Assembly: GCF_000829315.1 (NCBI RefSeq)
Contig: NZ_AP013028.1
Location: 1,050,001 to 1,082,000 of the forward strand
Direction of reading: 5' to 3'
Origin: Wolbachia endosymbiont of Cimex lectularius
GTDB taxonomy: Bacteria; Pseudomonadota; Alphaproteobacteria; Rickettsiales; Anaplasmataceae
DNA: 32,000 nucleotides
Shown here one piece after another: positions 10,029-19,699 of the stretch. Both the position numbers and the translations under genes were made by a program. The notes beneath the pieces are model-generated. The model ran no database searches. It saw only the letters and a program-made list of their open reading frames with translations, and was not told where the DNA came from. Numbering within the stretch: the stretch's first letter is position 1; the number at the start of each line of letters is the position of its first letter.

Positions 10029-11771
10029 GTGGAAATCACGCCATCGATAAAAAAGGAATTGAAGCAAAGTATGCTATACACCTGCCTAGAGAAGTGTAAA
10101 AGTGCATTTTGGTTCATTTTCTGGTTTAGTTCAGGAATCAACTTGTTAATGTTATTCCTACCACTTTATACCTCTCAGGTGCTTGATCGGGTGATATTGA
10201 GTGAAAGCGTATCGACACTAGTTATGCTGACGATTATCACTTTATCCGCGTTTGCGTGTTCTGCAATGCTTGAAACCTGTCGATATCTAGCTATGGCAAA
10301 GATTGGTGACTGGATCGACAAAGCCGCAACACCAGATCTGATAGTAAGATCAATCAGGCTAACATCAGTGCAGAGCTCAACTTCCAGTGGTGAAGCAATA
10401 CGAGATCTTGGAGTGATAAAAAACTTTATTACAGGAAATGGTATATTCTCACTGTTTGATACCCCATGGTCATTAATTTACCTTGTTGTGATATTCATGA
10501 TACATACCTCTACGGGGTTTATAGCTATTGCCGGAATCGTTATATTAGTTTCTATGGCAATATGGAATGAACTTGCCACTAAACGCATATTGCAAGAAAC
10601 TAACGAAGAAACTATACGGAATATCAATGCTATAGATGTTGCAACAAGAAATGCAGAAGTGGTTGAAGCTATGGGTATGTCAGAATTCATAGTTTCTGAT
10701 TGGTGCAAACGAAACGATCAGAACCGCGCAATGCAAATCAAAGCACAAAATCGTTCTAATGTAATTACTGGAATCACTAAGTTTTTACGCTCAACTCTAC
10801 AAATATCAGTGATCGGAACAGGTGCATTACTTGCAATTACAGCCCATAAAACTGCCGGTAGCATCATCGCTGCCTCAATTGTAATGGGTAGAGTATTGGC
10901 TCCATTTGATACAGCAGTTCACACTTGGAAATTTTTAAATCAGGCCAGAATGTCGTATGGAAGGCTGCAAAGACTTATACTCACATCACCAAAAAGAGAA
11001 CAAACTATGGCTCTACCAGAACCTGAAGGAAGACTGGAATTTGATAGAGTATTTTTTACTCCTTATGGGAGCAATAAACCAACAATAAAAGGAATATCAT
11101 TTGTTATAGAGCCAGGAGATGTGGTGGGTGTTATTGGCGCAAGTGCTTCTGGTAAATCAACCATTGCAAAATTAACCGTTGGTGTATGGAAACCCATATC
11201 TGGTGTAGTCAGACTAGATGGCGCTGATGTATACACTTGGAATCGAGAAAACTTTGGTAATTATATTGGTTACTTACCTCAAGATATTGAACTATTTAAC
11301 ACCAGTGTCAAGGCCAATATTGCTCGCATGAGACCAGACCCAAATCCTGAAGAAATAATCAAAGCAGCGAAAATTGCAGGAATACATGAATTAATACTGA
11401 GTTTACCAAACGGGTATGATACAACGATAGGGAGTTTTGGAGTGACACTTTCTGGTGGGCAGAAACAACTGCTTGGCCTTGCAAGAGCTTTTTATGGAAA
11501 CACAAAGCTTTTGGTGCTTGATGAACCAAATGCCAACCTAGACAGCAGTGGAGAGGCATGCTTAATTAATGCAATCAACATTGCAAGAAAGCAAAATACC
11601 ACAACTATTATCATAACCCACAAACTACCGTTATTATCTGTGGTTGATAAAGTAATCCTCATGTCAGATGGTGTTATTTATGCTATGGGGCCGAGAGATG
11701 AGATTTTAAGCAAACTGGTTGCTCCATCATCAAATACCGCAGAAGGTGAATGTTCTTCAGCAAGTGGTTAG
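10029..11771 (+). CDS. Type I secretion system permease/ATPase (PrtD/HlyB-like ABC exporter)
   Basis: 580 aa; N-terminal TM domain, Walker A IGASASGKSTIAK, signature FGVTLSGGQKQLLGLARAF, Walker B KLLVLDEPNANLD. Confidence 0.93.
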   Translation: MEITPSIKKELKQSMLYTCLEKCKSAFWFIFWFSSGINLLMLFLPLYTSQVLDRVILSESVSTLVMLTIITLSAFACSAMLETCRYLAMAKIGDWIDKAATPDLIVRSIRLTSVQSSTSSGEAIRDLGVIKNFITGNGIFSLFDTPWSLIYLVVIFMIHTSTGFIAIAGIVILVSMAIWNELATKRILQETNEETIRNINAIDVATRNAEVVEAMGMSEFIVSDWCKRNDQNRAMQIKAQNRSNVITGITKFLRSTLQISVIGTGALLAITAHKTAGSIIAASIVMGRVLAPFDTAVHTWKFLNQARMSYGRLQRLILTSPKREQTMALPEPEGRLEFDRVFFTPYGSNKPTIKGISFVIEPGDVVGVIGASASGKSTIAKLTVGVWKPISGVVRLDGADVYTWNRENFGNYIGYLPQDIELFNTSVKANIARMRPDPNPEEIIKAAKIAGIHELILSLPNGYDTTIGSFGVTLSGGQKQLLGLARAFYGNTKLLVLDEPNANLDSSGEACLINAINIARKQNTTTIIITHKLPLLSVVDKVILMSDGVIYAMGPRDEILSKLVAPSSNTAEGECSSASG

Positions 11772-11804
11772 TTGTTCTTTTTATATTACCTTGTCCACCT
11801 AATT

Positions 11805-13151
11805 TTACCACTCCATTGAGCGGATACCACCAATGTAATAAAACATGACCTTTTTAGCCAGTTCAAAATCTTCTAGAGTATCTCCTTCGCATCTTGCTGT
11901 AATGCAGTTTTGTGTATTTGACACTCTAAGGAGCCACCAACCTTTATTATCTTTATTGGTTACTTTAATACCATCGAGCTCTGAGAATGCAATATTTTGC
12001 TGCTCTAGTGTTTTCTTTATTGATTCAATTATTTGAAATTTTTTCTCATCTTTAACTACAACCTTCACTTCATGAGTGATATATAGCTTTGGTAAATCCT
12101 CAATCACCTCAGATAGGCTTTGGTTTTTCTTAAGTAAGACGTCAATGGCTTTAATGGCAGAATATAGCCCGTCATCAAAACCTAGCTCAGAGAAGAAAAA
12201 ATGTCCACTCAGTTCACCAGCAAATTTTGCCTCTTCCTCTACCATCTTTTTCTTAACTAGTGAATGTCCAGTAGCGCATGCAATTACCCTCCCTCCTAAT
12301 CCACTGACAAAGTCATGCACTTTCATGCTCATTTTTATATTAGCAATAACTTTGCTTCCTAGGTATTCTTCCAATACTTCACGCGCAAAAATCATAAACA
12401 AATGGTCATTGGAAACAACACTACCTTTATTATCAATTAAGCGCACCCTGTCACCATCGCCATCGAGTGCAATACCAAGATCACATTTATTTTCATTTAC
12501 AACATCAATCAATTGAACGAGATTTTTCTCCTCTATAGGATCTGGATCGTGCAGTGGAAATGTTCCATCTATAGAGTTATTGGTTACGATATGCACATGA
12601 TCTGGCAAGATCTTTTCAATATACCTCGCAATTCCACTTGCTGGGCTGTTGCCAAAATCCCAGGCTATTTTTAGCTTTTGTGTGGAGTTGTTCTTCAGCG
12701 CACTTTTTAATATGCAAATGTACTCACTATATATATTTATGTTAATTGAGCTGCCAATTTTTGCACTGTTCTTAATCGGACTGCTTATAACTTCCTTTAT
12801 TTCTTGCTCTGAGTAAACTCTCTTACTGCTGAAAAATTTAAAGCCATTGTACTTGCTAGGGTTATGTGAAGCGGTGATCATAATGCCAAGATCTGCCTGC
12901 ATGATTTGCGTTGCAGCGTAGAGCATAGGCGAAGAGCACAGTCCTATGCGTGTAACGTTTGCTCCAGATAGAGTTAAGCCTCTGATTAATTCTTTTTCTA
13001 TACTCGGCGAATCTATTCTGCTGTCATAGCCTACACAAACATTAGCTACGGTTTGGCCAAACTTCCTGCCTATCTCATATCCATCATTGATCTGCAGGTC
13101 TTTGCCTACTACACCTCTAATATCGTATTTTCTTATAATGGTTTTATCCAT
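11805..13151 (-). CDS. Phosphomannomutase/phosphoglucomutase
   Basis: IIRKYDIRGVVGKDL, ITASHNPSKYNG, GIALDGDGDRVRLID. ATG at 13151 preferred over the track start 13193. Confidence 0.92.
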   Translation of the reverse strand: MDKTIIRKYDIRGVVGKDLQINDGYEIGRKFGQTVANVCVGYDSRIDSPSIEKELIRGLTLSGANVTRIGLCSSPMLYAATQIMQADLGIMITASHNPSKYNGFKFFSSKRVYSEQEIKEVISSPIKNSAKIGSSININIYSEYICILKSALKNNSTQKLKIAWDFGNSPASGIARYIEKILPDHVHIVTNNSIDGTFPLHDPDPIEEKNLVQLIDVVNENKCDLGIALDGDGDRVRLIDNKGSVVSNDHLFMIFAREVLEEYLGSKVIANIKMSMKVHDFVSGLGGRVIACATGHSLVKKKMVEEEAKFAGELSGHFFFSELGFDDGLYSAIKAIDVLLKKNQSLSEVIEDLPKLYITHEVKVVVKDEKKFQIIESIKKTLEQQNIAFSELDGIKVTNKDNKGWWLLRVSNTQNCITARCEGDTLEDFELAKKVMFYYIGGIRSMEW

Positions 13152-13286
13152 ACTGTACTTTTCGAAGTAACTACTATATAACATTGTAAACAAATGCTCA
13201 AGTTTCTTCTTTATTCACTCACATAGTTAATTAATTTTTAAGCTAAAGGTATTACTATTTTAGTATATTTTTAGAAATATGGAACC

Positions 13287-15170
13287 ATGTCAGGGGAAAA
13301 CGAAGATGTACTTATAGCTGAGAGTCAAAGTTTAGATGCAGATGAACAGAAGAAAAAGGATATTTTAGTTGTCATTGAATCCTGCAACAGTTTTCAGGAA
13401 GCTATAAAGCAACTAGAAAAAGAAAAATTAATCTGGTACCTTATTGGTCTTTTACGCAAAAATGAAGAGGTTAGGAAACAAATAAACTCAAAATGGGAAG
13501 CAGATTTCCAACAGTTCGAGCAATCAGTAAAAAAGACGCAAGATGAAATACATAGTAAACTTAAAGGAACTTTATCAGATCAAAGTTTTTTAGCGTATTC
13601 GACAAAAGATAATGACTTCAACATTAGGTTTGAAAATAAAGAAGAACCAGTAAAAATCAGTGATATCTTAAGAGCTAGCAGTGAGGGTAAAGTTTATCAC
13701 ATATTCCTTGAGGAAGACAGTAAAATAACTGCACGCAGGGAAAAAGGCAATAAGAGGCACTATGATTTTGATGGTCCTGGCTCTTGTGAGATGACCATTA
13801 ACTGGCAAGCTAAGGATTCTGAAGGCAATATCATAGATTGTAGCATGGCTGTGAAAGTGGGTCTCAGTGGTATACTGGAAGTGATTGGTGAACCAAAATT
13901 TGGTAATTTAAAGTTCACAAGTTCACTATCAGAGGAAGAGGGAGATAAGATATTAAAGTTAGTTGAACAAAATAAAGAAGTTTTTATCAATGGAAAATCT
14001 CTGTTGGAAGCTTTTATTGGTATAGACAAGAATGTGAGCGATCAGCTAATGCTGGAGGAGGAAACATTTATACGAAATCCACCTGAGTCACCACAATTGC
14101 CTACGCCAGATAGTAGTGGATATTTTTCTCCTAGAAGCGCATCTATGCCTTCTTCACGGAGAAGTTCTTTGTCTTTGGACGAAGAAGAATATGAACAGGA
14201 ACAGGATGAATTAGAGAATAGAATAAAAGAATTAGAGGAAGAAAATGCGCACCTTAGGAAAGAAAATGCAGAGTTAAAAGACCGTAATAAAAAAATAGTA
14301 GAAGAAGGTGGTGCGGAAGTAAACGAATTAGTCAAGGAAAAGCAAGCTTTGGAGGAGGAAGTTAAAGAGCTTGAAGCTAAATTGGAAAGAAGTAGAAAAG
14401 AATTAGACAGCAAGAATCAAGATATTAGGCAGTTAGAGCAACAAATAAGTATACTAGAGCAAAGTCAAGAAGATAAAAATGCTAGAATAATAGATTTAAA
14501 ATCTCAATTAGCAGATGGAAAAAATAAAGCTCAATCAACAGATAAAATCAATGAAGAATTACGTAAGAAATTGGAGAAAAGTGAAGCTGAGCTGAACAAG
14601 TTAAGAGCGGAAAATGCAAAGCTGAGAGATGATATGAAGAAAATATTGGAAGGTCTAGAAGGCGGTAAAGAAGGGCAATTAGCAGAACAGTTGATGGAAG
14701 CAAAAAAGGAAAATAAGACATTAACTGATGAAGTAAGTCGATTAGCTGAAGAATTGAACCAACTACAAAAAGAAGCTTTAGAGAGAAAAACTCAACAACC
14801 TGGTGGAAAGTCTCTTGCAGATGAGCTAAATGAAGAGAGTATGCAGAGCGAAATAGATAGGCTTAAACAACAGCTTAAGGAGAGGGAAAGTATATTAACA
14901 GACACACAAGAGGAATTAAAATCTGTCAAAGAGACTCTAGGACAATTGCAGAGCTTATTAGAGCAAAAAGAAGTTGAAGCTAAAGTGCTTGAAACACAAG
15001 ACCAGGGTACACAAGAAGCTCAGCCACAAAACATCATAGATTGGCCTGTTCCAATTCCAAACGATAAGCCGGAAAAGCTGATAGATCCGTTAAAACCTAC
15101 TCAGGTGAATACAGAATTATTAGATCCAAGCCTAACTTCCGTTGAGGATCCAGAAAAATCACGGCAATAA
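13287..15170 (+). CDS. Hypothetical long coiled-coil protein
   Basis: 627 aa; N-terminal ~260 aa non-repetitive region, Ser/Pro-rich linker (SPQLPTPDSSGYFSPRSASMPSSRRSSLSL), then ~300 aa of heptad-like coiled coil. Confidence 0.85.
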   Translation: MSGENEDVLIAESQSLDADEQKKKDILVVIESCNSFQEAIKQLEKEKLIWYLIGLLRKNEEVRKQINSKWEADFQQFEQSVKKTQDEIHSKLKGTLSDQSFLAYSTKDNDFNIRFENKEEPVKISDILRASSEGKVYHIFLEEDSKITARREKGNKRHYDFDGPGSCEMTINWQAKDSEGNIIDCSMAVKVGLSGILEVIGEPKFGNLKFTSSLSEEEGDKILKLVEQNKEVFINGKSLLEAFIGIDKNVSDQLMLEEETFIRNPPESPQLPTPDSSGYFSPRSASMPSSRRSSLSLDEEEYEQEQDELENRIKELEEENAHLRKENAELKDRNKKIVEEGGAEVNELVKEKQALEEEVKELEAKLERSRKELDSKNQDIRQLEQQISILEQSQEDKNARIIDLKSQLADGKNKAQSTDKINEELRKKLEKSEAELNKLRAENAKLRDDMKKILEGLEGGKEGQLAEQLMEAKKENKTLTDEVSRLAEELNQLQKEALERKTQQPGGKSLADELNEESMQSEIDRLKQQLKERESILTDTQEELKSVKETLGQLQSLLEQKEVEAKVLETQDQGTQEAQPQNIIDWPVPIPNDKPEKLIDPLKPTQVNTELLDPSLTSVEDPEKSRQ

Positions 15171-15225
15171 AGCTTAATCTGGTTGTCATAACCTGGCAGT
15201 GGAGCTAGGCATACAGAAACGAAAA

Positions 15226-15590
15226 AACTACTTGACAACCTTCGCCGTTACCCTTATAATGATATTGAAGCTATTTATTTAACTTCCCAATCTGTGCACT
15301 GCATGTCTTTTTAAAACTTCGGGTTTTTACCCATACAAGCTGAAACGCGCTTATAAGTCGTTTAAGACATCACCCAACGCCGGATTTTAAAATAGAGAGT
15401 GGAATAACTAGCTACCTCGGGGTTTTATTGTCCTTTTCTTCTGCCTGGTAAATTTCTTAAATATTATAGCTTAGACTAGTTGCATTTAAAAGCAGCTAAA
15501 TTGCAGCGTTTAAGGCATAAAAACGCCAATATTAAAAATAAATACTGACCAGGGCTTCTTTTGCTTTTTTTCTCGCTTGGTAAATTTCTT
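15226..15590. repeat. Interspersed repeat copy B (inverted relative to copy A)
   Basis: Reverse complement of copy A over hundreds of nt, with a 43-bp deletion relative to A. Confidence 0.9.
15232..15260 (+). promoter_or_regulatory. Consensus sigma70-type promoter inside repeat copy B
   Basis: TTGACA (15232-15237), 17-nt spacer, TATAAT (15255-15260), directed toward ispDF. Confidence 0.65.
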
Positions 15591-15690
15591 AAATATTTAT
15601 TACTAAACCTAGATCCCAGATGCTGTCTTTTAAACTTTGTCAATCTTTTTGAAACTTCAAATAACCTGCTATTATATATTTAAGCTGAAA

Positions 15691-16917
15691 ATGATAAACG
15701 TGTACACTAATAGATCTAAGAAATACAAAATAGCAGCGTTAATAGTTGCGGCAGGAGTAGGCAGTAGATGCAGTAACGCGATTCCTAAGCAGTACATAAA
15801 ACTGGCAGGCAAGCCTGTTTTATTTTATACAACCAAAAAACTTTTGACCAACCAATACATAGATTATGTAAGAGTGGTAATTAATGAAGATCATGAAGAT
15901 TTCTATGAGCCAGTGTCAGCTACTTGGATAACAGAAGGTGTAGGTACTAAATTACTAAGCCCGATATACGGAGGAGAGAGTAGGCAAAATTCAGTTAAGT
16001 TGGGACTTGAAAGCTTACAAAAAATTAACCCAGATTTTGTTGTTATACACGATGCTTGCAGGCCCTTCGTATCAAATGCTTTGATAAATAGCTTAGCTCA
16101 GTCTATGATTAATGGTCAACATGCAGGAGTAGTGCCAGTAATAGAAGTTGAAAATACTGTGTCATCGATAAGTGATAATTTTATTGAATCTACAATTCTA
16201 AGAGAAAAACTCAGAGCTATACAAACTCCTCAAATTTTCAATTTCAAAGAATTATTGTCATGCCACCAATCAAGCAAAGAATTCACTGATGATTCATCAC
16301 TAGTGGCATGGCACGAAAAACATGTTGCGATTATTAAAGGTGAGAAAAGCAATTTTAAGTTAACTACAAAAGAAGATATTAATATGGCAAAGCTCCTTCT
16401 TGAAGAACCAAAATATCGTATTGGCACTGGTTATGACATACACAAGTTCGTTAAAGCTCAAAATAAGGCTGAAAACTTTATAAAAATTTGCGGTGTGGAA
16501 ATCGAGCACGACATGGCAATAGAAGCACATTCCGATGGTGATGTTACAATACATGCGGTTGTCGATGCAATACTGGGAGCGCTGGGATGTGGCGACATAG
16601 GAGAGCATTTCCCCCCTAGTTCCGCTAAGTGGAAAAATTGTGATTCGTCTTATTTCCTGAGCTTTGCTATTACAAAAGTAAAAGAAAAAGGATACCGTGT
16701 ATCTAATTTAGATATTACTATAGTTTGTGAGGAGCCTAAAATATCGCCTTATAAAGCAGAAATGAAGAAATCTATATCAAGGACATTAGAGATTGATAGC
16801 GAATTTGTAAATATCAAAGCAACCACTGCAGAAAAATTAGGTTCTATTGGCAGAAATGAAGGAATGGCAGCATATGCCTCTGTATTACTTACAAGCGTCA
16901 CTCGCACAACTGTATGA
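15691..16917 (+). CDS. ispDF: Bifunctional 2-C-methyl-D-erythritol 4-phosphate cytidylyltransferase / MECDP synthase
   Basis: IspD N-terminal half (AALIVAAGVGSRCSNAIPKQY, VVIHDACRPFV) fused to IspF (RIGTGYDIHKF, AHSDGDVTIHAVVDAILGALGCGDIGEHFPPS). ATG at 15691 preferred. Confidence 0.95.
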   Translation: MINVYTNRSKKYKIAALIVAAGVGSRCSNAIPKQYIKLAGKPVLFYTTKKLLTNQYIDYVRVVINEDHEDFYEPVSATWITEGVGTKLLSPIYGGESRQNSVKLGLESLQKINPDFVVIHDACRPFVSNALINSLAQSMINGQHAGVVPVIEVENTVSSISDNFIESTILREKLRAIQTPQIFNFKELLSCHQSSKEFTDDSSLVAWHEKHVAIIKGEKSNFKLTTKEDINMAKLLLEEPKYRIGTGYDIHKFVKAQNKAENFIKICGVEIEHDMAIEAHSDGDVTIHAVVDAILGALGCGDIGEHFPPSSAKWKNCDSSYFLSFAITKVKEKGYRVSNLDITIVCEEPKISPYKAEMKKSISRTLEIDSEFVNIKATTAEKLGSIGRNEGMAAYASVLLTSVTRTTV

Positions 16918-17037
16918 ACATTGTGCTACTAGGAGGGTGTCATGCAAGTAGCTGACACTGGCATCTAGGAATTTTATTAAGTTGGTGAGTATAAAAGTTA
17001 TGTTAAAATACGACGTTTTGATGATTATGGAAAGGCT

Positions 17038-17067
17038 GGATCCCAGTGTCGGAGCACTGGGATGACA
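17038..17067. repeat. Small palindromic repeat (GGATCCCAGTG...CACTGGGATGACA), intergenic copy
   Basis: ATCCCAGTG-TCGGAG-CACTGGGAT; 9-bp perfect arms at 17040-17048 and 17055-17063. Confidence 0.85.
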
Positions 17068-17249
17068 CCGTCTGTTACGCAAATTACCTGCTAACTGCAA
17101 TGTTCGTACAGCTATGTGTCACGTGCTGGGATCATAAAGTGAAATGAGATGTATGCCCAGACGCTGGGCTGACCCAAGAAAAATATTTATTGTTTAGTGA
17201 AAAAATCTTACTTAAGTTATATAAAGCATGGAATCATAGGCTCAATATG

Positions 17250-17762
17250 TACCACATTTTAAAATACAAAGATTATGAACCAAAAATAGATGAGAGTGCC
17301 TTCATCGCGGGTGGTTCGCGTATCGTAGGCAAGGTTGAAATAGGGAAGAATGCAAGCATCTGGTTTAATTGTGTAATCAGAGGAGATGTTGGATCGATAA
17401 GAATAGGTGATGAAACAAATATTCAAGATGGCACGGTAATTCATGTGGACAGAAACCCAGGTGGTGACACAATTATTGGCAATATGGTAACTGTGGGGCA
17501 TTTTTGTATGCTGCACGCATGCACAGTGCATGACAAAGCATTTGTTGGTATGGGCTCTACCGTAATGGATCATGCAGTTGTGGAGTCTGAAGCTATGGTG
17601 GCTGCTGGCTCGCTAGTGACGCATGGAAAAGTGATAAAAAGTGGAGAAGTATGGGCTGGCAGACCAGCAAAATTCTTAAAAAAAATGTCAGATGAAGAAA
17701 TTAAATATATTACACAATCAGCACAAAATTATGTTATGTTGATGAGGGAGTATGAAAACTAA
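17250..17762 (+). CDS. Gamma-carbonic-anhydrase-like / left-handed beta-helix hexapeptide protein
   Basis: KVEIGKNASIWFNCVIRGDVGSIRIGDETNIQDGTVIHV, MVTVGHFCMLHACTV. Track ORF starts at 17190; ATG at 17250 is the likelier start. Confidence 0.88.
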   Translation, partial: YHILKYKDYEPKIDESAFIAGGSRIVGKVEIGKNASIWFNCVIRGDVGSIRIGDETNIQDGTVIHVDRNPGGDTIIGNMVTVGHFCMLHACTVHDKAFVGMGSTVMDHAVVESEAMVAAGSLVTHGKVIKSGEVWAGRPAKFLKKMSDEEIKYITQSAQNYVMLMREYEN

Positions 17763-17776
17763 AAGCATACATTACG

Positions 17777-18721
17777 CTATTCAACTTCATTCTGCAACTC
17801 TTTGATTTCACTAAGGGAAAGACCAGTAAACTTTACAATAGTGTCAACATCAACGTTGTTAGCCAACATTGCTTTTGCAACTTCAATTTTTCCTTCTTCT
17901 CTACCTTCTTTCCTACCTTCTTCTCTACCTTCTTTCCTGCCTTCTTTCCTACCTTCCTCTTTACCAATTTTGATGCCTTTTTCAGTGGCATCATCAAGTT
18001 TTTGAGCGAGGACAGCCTGCTCATCGCGAATACGCTTTATCTCCCGTTCATAGGCTATGAATTCTTTTTCTGACCAGTTGAATCTGTTTAGTTCTTCATA
18101 TGCTTTTTTTATTATTACATCACTTCCTGTTATTCTTTCCAATTCCTTTTCACCGGTTTCATCTGCATACTTAAAAAAATATATCCATTTCTCAACTATA
18201 TTCTCTAGCTGATCTTCTTTCGTCTTAGGAAATTTTGGTAGTTCAATAAATGTAAAATAAAAATCTTTTAAGTCATGCTCATTGGTATCCTCATCCCAAA
18301 TAGTGTGCTTTGATTTATACTCAGACTTATCAGGAAATAAGATACAATCTGCTATAGCAATAAAGATAATTTCTTTGAGGTCTTCATATTGATCACCTTT
18401 ATTAGCCTGTCTTGAATATGCCTTGGCAGCATAATATTGAGCACGTTTTTCAAAACCCTTAGCTTTAGCGACCTGCATTTCGACTATTATTTGCACTCCA
18501 TTTTCATCTCTACAGAGAACATCAACAATGCTTTGCTTTTTGGAGGCAATTTCAGCATCCATTATAGTACTGAGGAACTCTATTTCTTTTATTTCATCCT
18601 TGCCAGTAAAGCCCAAGATATCATTGAGAAAATGAATGAGGATGTCCTTATTTTTTTCAGTGCCAAAGATGCGCCGAAATGCTACATCGTTTTTAGGGTC
18701 GAGAAATTTAGAAAGAGCCAT
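17777..18721 (-). CDS. Rpn family / PD-(D/E)XK nuclease family transposase-like protein
   Basis: 314 aa; FLDPKNDVAFRRIFGTEKNKDILIHFLNDIL, SIVDVLCRDENGVQIIVEMQ, C-terminal KEEGRKEGRKEGREEGRKEGREEGKIEVAKAML. Confidence 0.9.
   Translation of the reverse strand: MALSKFLDPKNDVAFRRIFGTEKNKDILIHFLNDILGFTGKDEIKEIEFLSTIMDAEIASKKQSIVDVLCRDENGVQIIVEMQVAKAKGFEKRAQYYAAKAYSRQANKGDQYEDLKEIIFIAIADCILFPDKSEYKSKHTIWDEDTNEHDLKDFYFTFIELPKFPKTKEDQLENIVEKWIYFFKYADETGEKELERITGSDVIIKKAYEELNRFNWSEKEFIAYEREIKRIRDEQAVLAQKLDDATEKGIKIGKEEGRKEGRKEGREEGRKEGREEGKIEVAKAMLANNVDVDTIVKFTGLSLSEIKELQNEVE
17839..17965. repeat. Low-complexity tandem repeat encoding (K/R)EEGRKEG units of the Rpn-like protein
   Basis: Imperfect ~24-nt period ttctctaccttctttcctaccttc on the plus strand. 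Confidence 0.7.
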
Positions 18722-18808
18722 AATACTGAGATAAAGATTAATAATTATACACTATTATTAACAATTATTCAACTATATTTTTAGCTTACTATGGCTCAAT
18801 AAACTGTG

Positions 18809-19699
18809 TTAAACTGGCTGTTTTTTAGAAGAAGCCTCCTCCTTATTTACTCCTTTTGTTTCCGCTTCATTCATTTGAGTACTAGGCTTAAGTGCTAAAT
18901 ATGTCCCACCACTAACCGCTAATGCAGATGCTAGTGCTATACCAACCATTGTCCAAATATCTAGTCTAACTGTACGTTCAAGCGCAATAAATGCTGCCAA
19001 CCCAGCAGCGAGACCAAAGCCAAAAGCAGCAGTATACGTTGGAGCTTTTGATTGTTCAGTTGGTTGTTTTTTAGCTTCTAGTTCTTTCTTTTCCTTTTCT
19101 AGCTGCTGAACTTGAGAATTTAGTTTATTTATTCCTTCATCTTTAGCTTTCAAGTCTGCCTTTAACTTGCTAACTTCAGCATTTGATGGTTGAAGTTTTA
19201 GTTCTGTTATTTTCGCATCCTGAGCCTCTAATTGTTGCTGTAATTTCTCAACTTGGGTACTTAGTTCTTTTATTTGCTCTTTTTTCCCTATTAGCTCCTC
19301 AAATAGCGCGTTTCCGTTCAGCTTGTTTCTTATTTCTTCCCTTTTCTTATATAACCTGTTTAGTTCTTTTAGTGTTTCGAGACATATTCCATTTCTTAAA
19401 GATTCATCTATCGTGCCTAACTTCTGAGCTAGTTCTGCAATTTCTTGCTCTTCATTTTCCTCCTGGAACAACTGAGTTAGTTGCTGTACTTGATCTTCTA
19501 GGTGCTCAAGAAGAACATTGTTTAATTCTCCAGCTTTTTTCAATTGCTCACTTAAATCAGTATTATTATTGTATAGTCTGCTTAACTGTCTGTATGAGGT
19601 TTCTATTGCTGTATTAGCACGCAACAATTCATTTTGTAATTGTGATACTAACGTGTTTTCTGAGATAGAAAGATCAGATAGTGAGAGAGAATGACGCAT
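18809..19699 (-). CDS. Hypothetical coiled-coil protein with C-terminal TM hairpin
   Basis: 296 aa; long coiled coil, then APTYTAAFGFGLAAGLAAFIAL and IWTMVGIALASALAVSGGTYLAL. Confidence 0.8.
   Translation of the reverse strand: MRHSLSLSDLSISENTLVSQLQNELLRANTAIETSYRQLSRLYNNNTDLSEQLKKAGELNNVLLEHLEDQVQQLTQLFQEENEEQEIAELAQKLGTIDESLRNGICLETLKELNRLYKKREEIRNKLNGNALFEELIGKKEQIKELSTQVEKLQQQLEAQDAKITELKLQPSNAEVSKLKADLKAKDEGINKLNSQVQQLEKEKKELEAKKQPTEQSKAPTYTAAFGFGLAAGLAAFIALERTVRLDIWTMVGIALASALAVSGGTYLALKPSTQMNEAETKGVNKEEASSKKQPV

Noticed and set aside
10029-11771. Complete type I secretion or toxin export operon
   Set aside because: Only the ABC ATPase is present; neighbours are tsaD and phosphomannomutase, with no membrane fusion protein or RTX substrate.
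13760-14413. Antisense ORFs inside the 627-aa coiled-coil gene
   Set aside because: The codon bias of Glu/Lys-rich coiled coil leaves Ser/Leu-rich open frames on the opposite strand.
17802-18024. Lysine- or proline/serine-rich ORFs in other frames over the Rpn C-terminal repeat
   Set aside because: Alternative-frame readings of the KEEGRKEG tandem repeat; explained by the low-complexity DNA.
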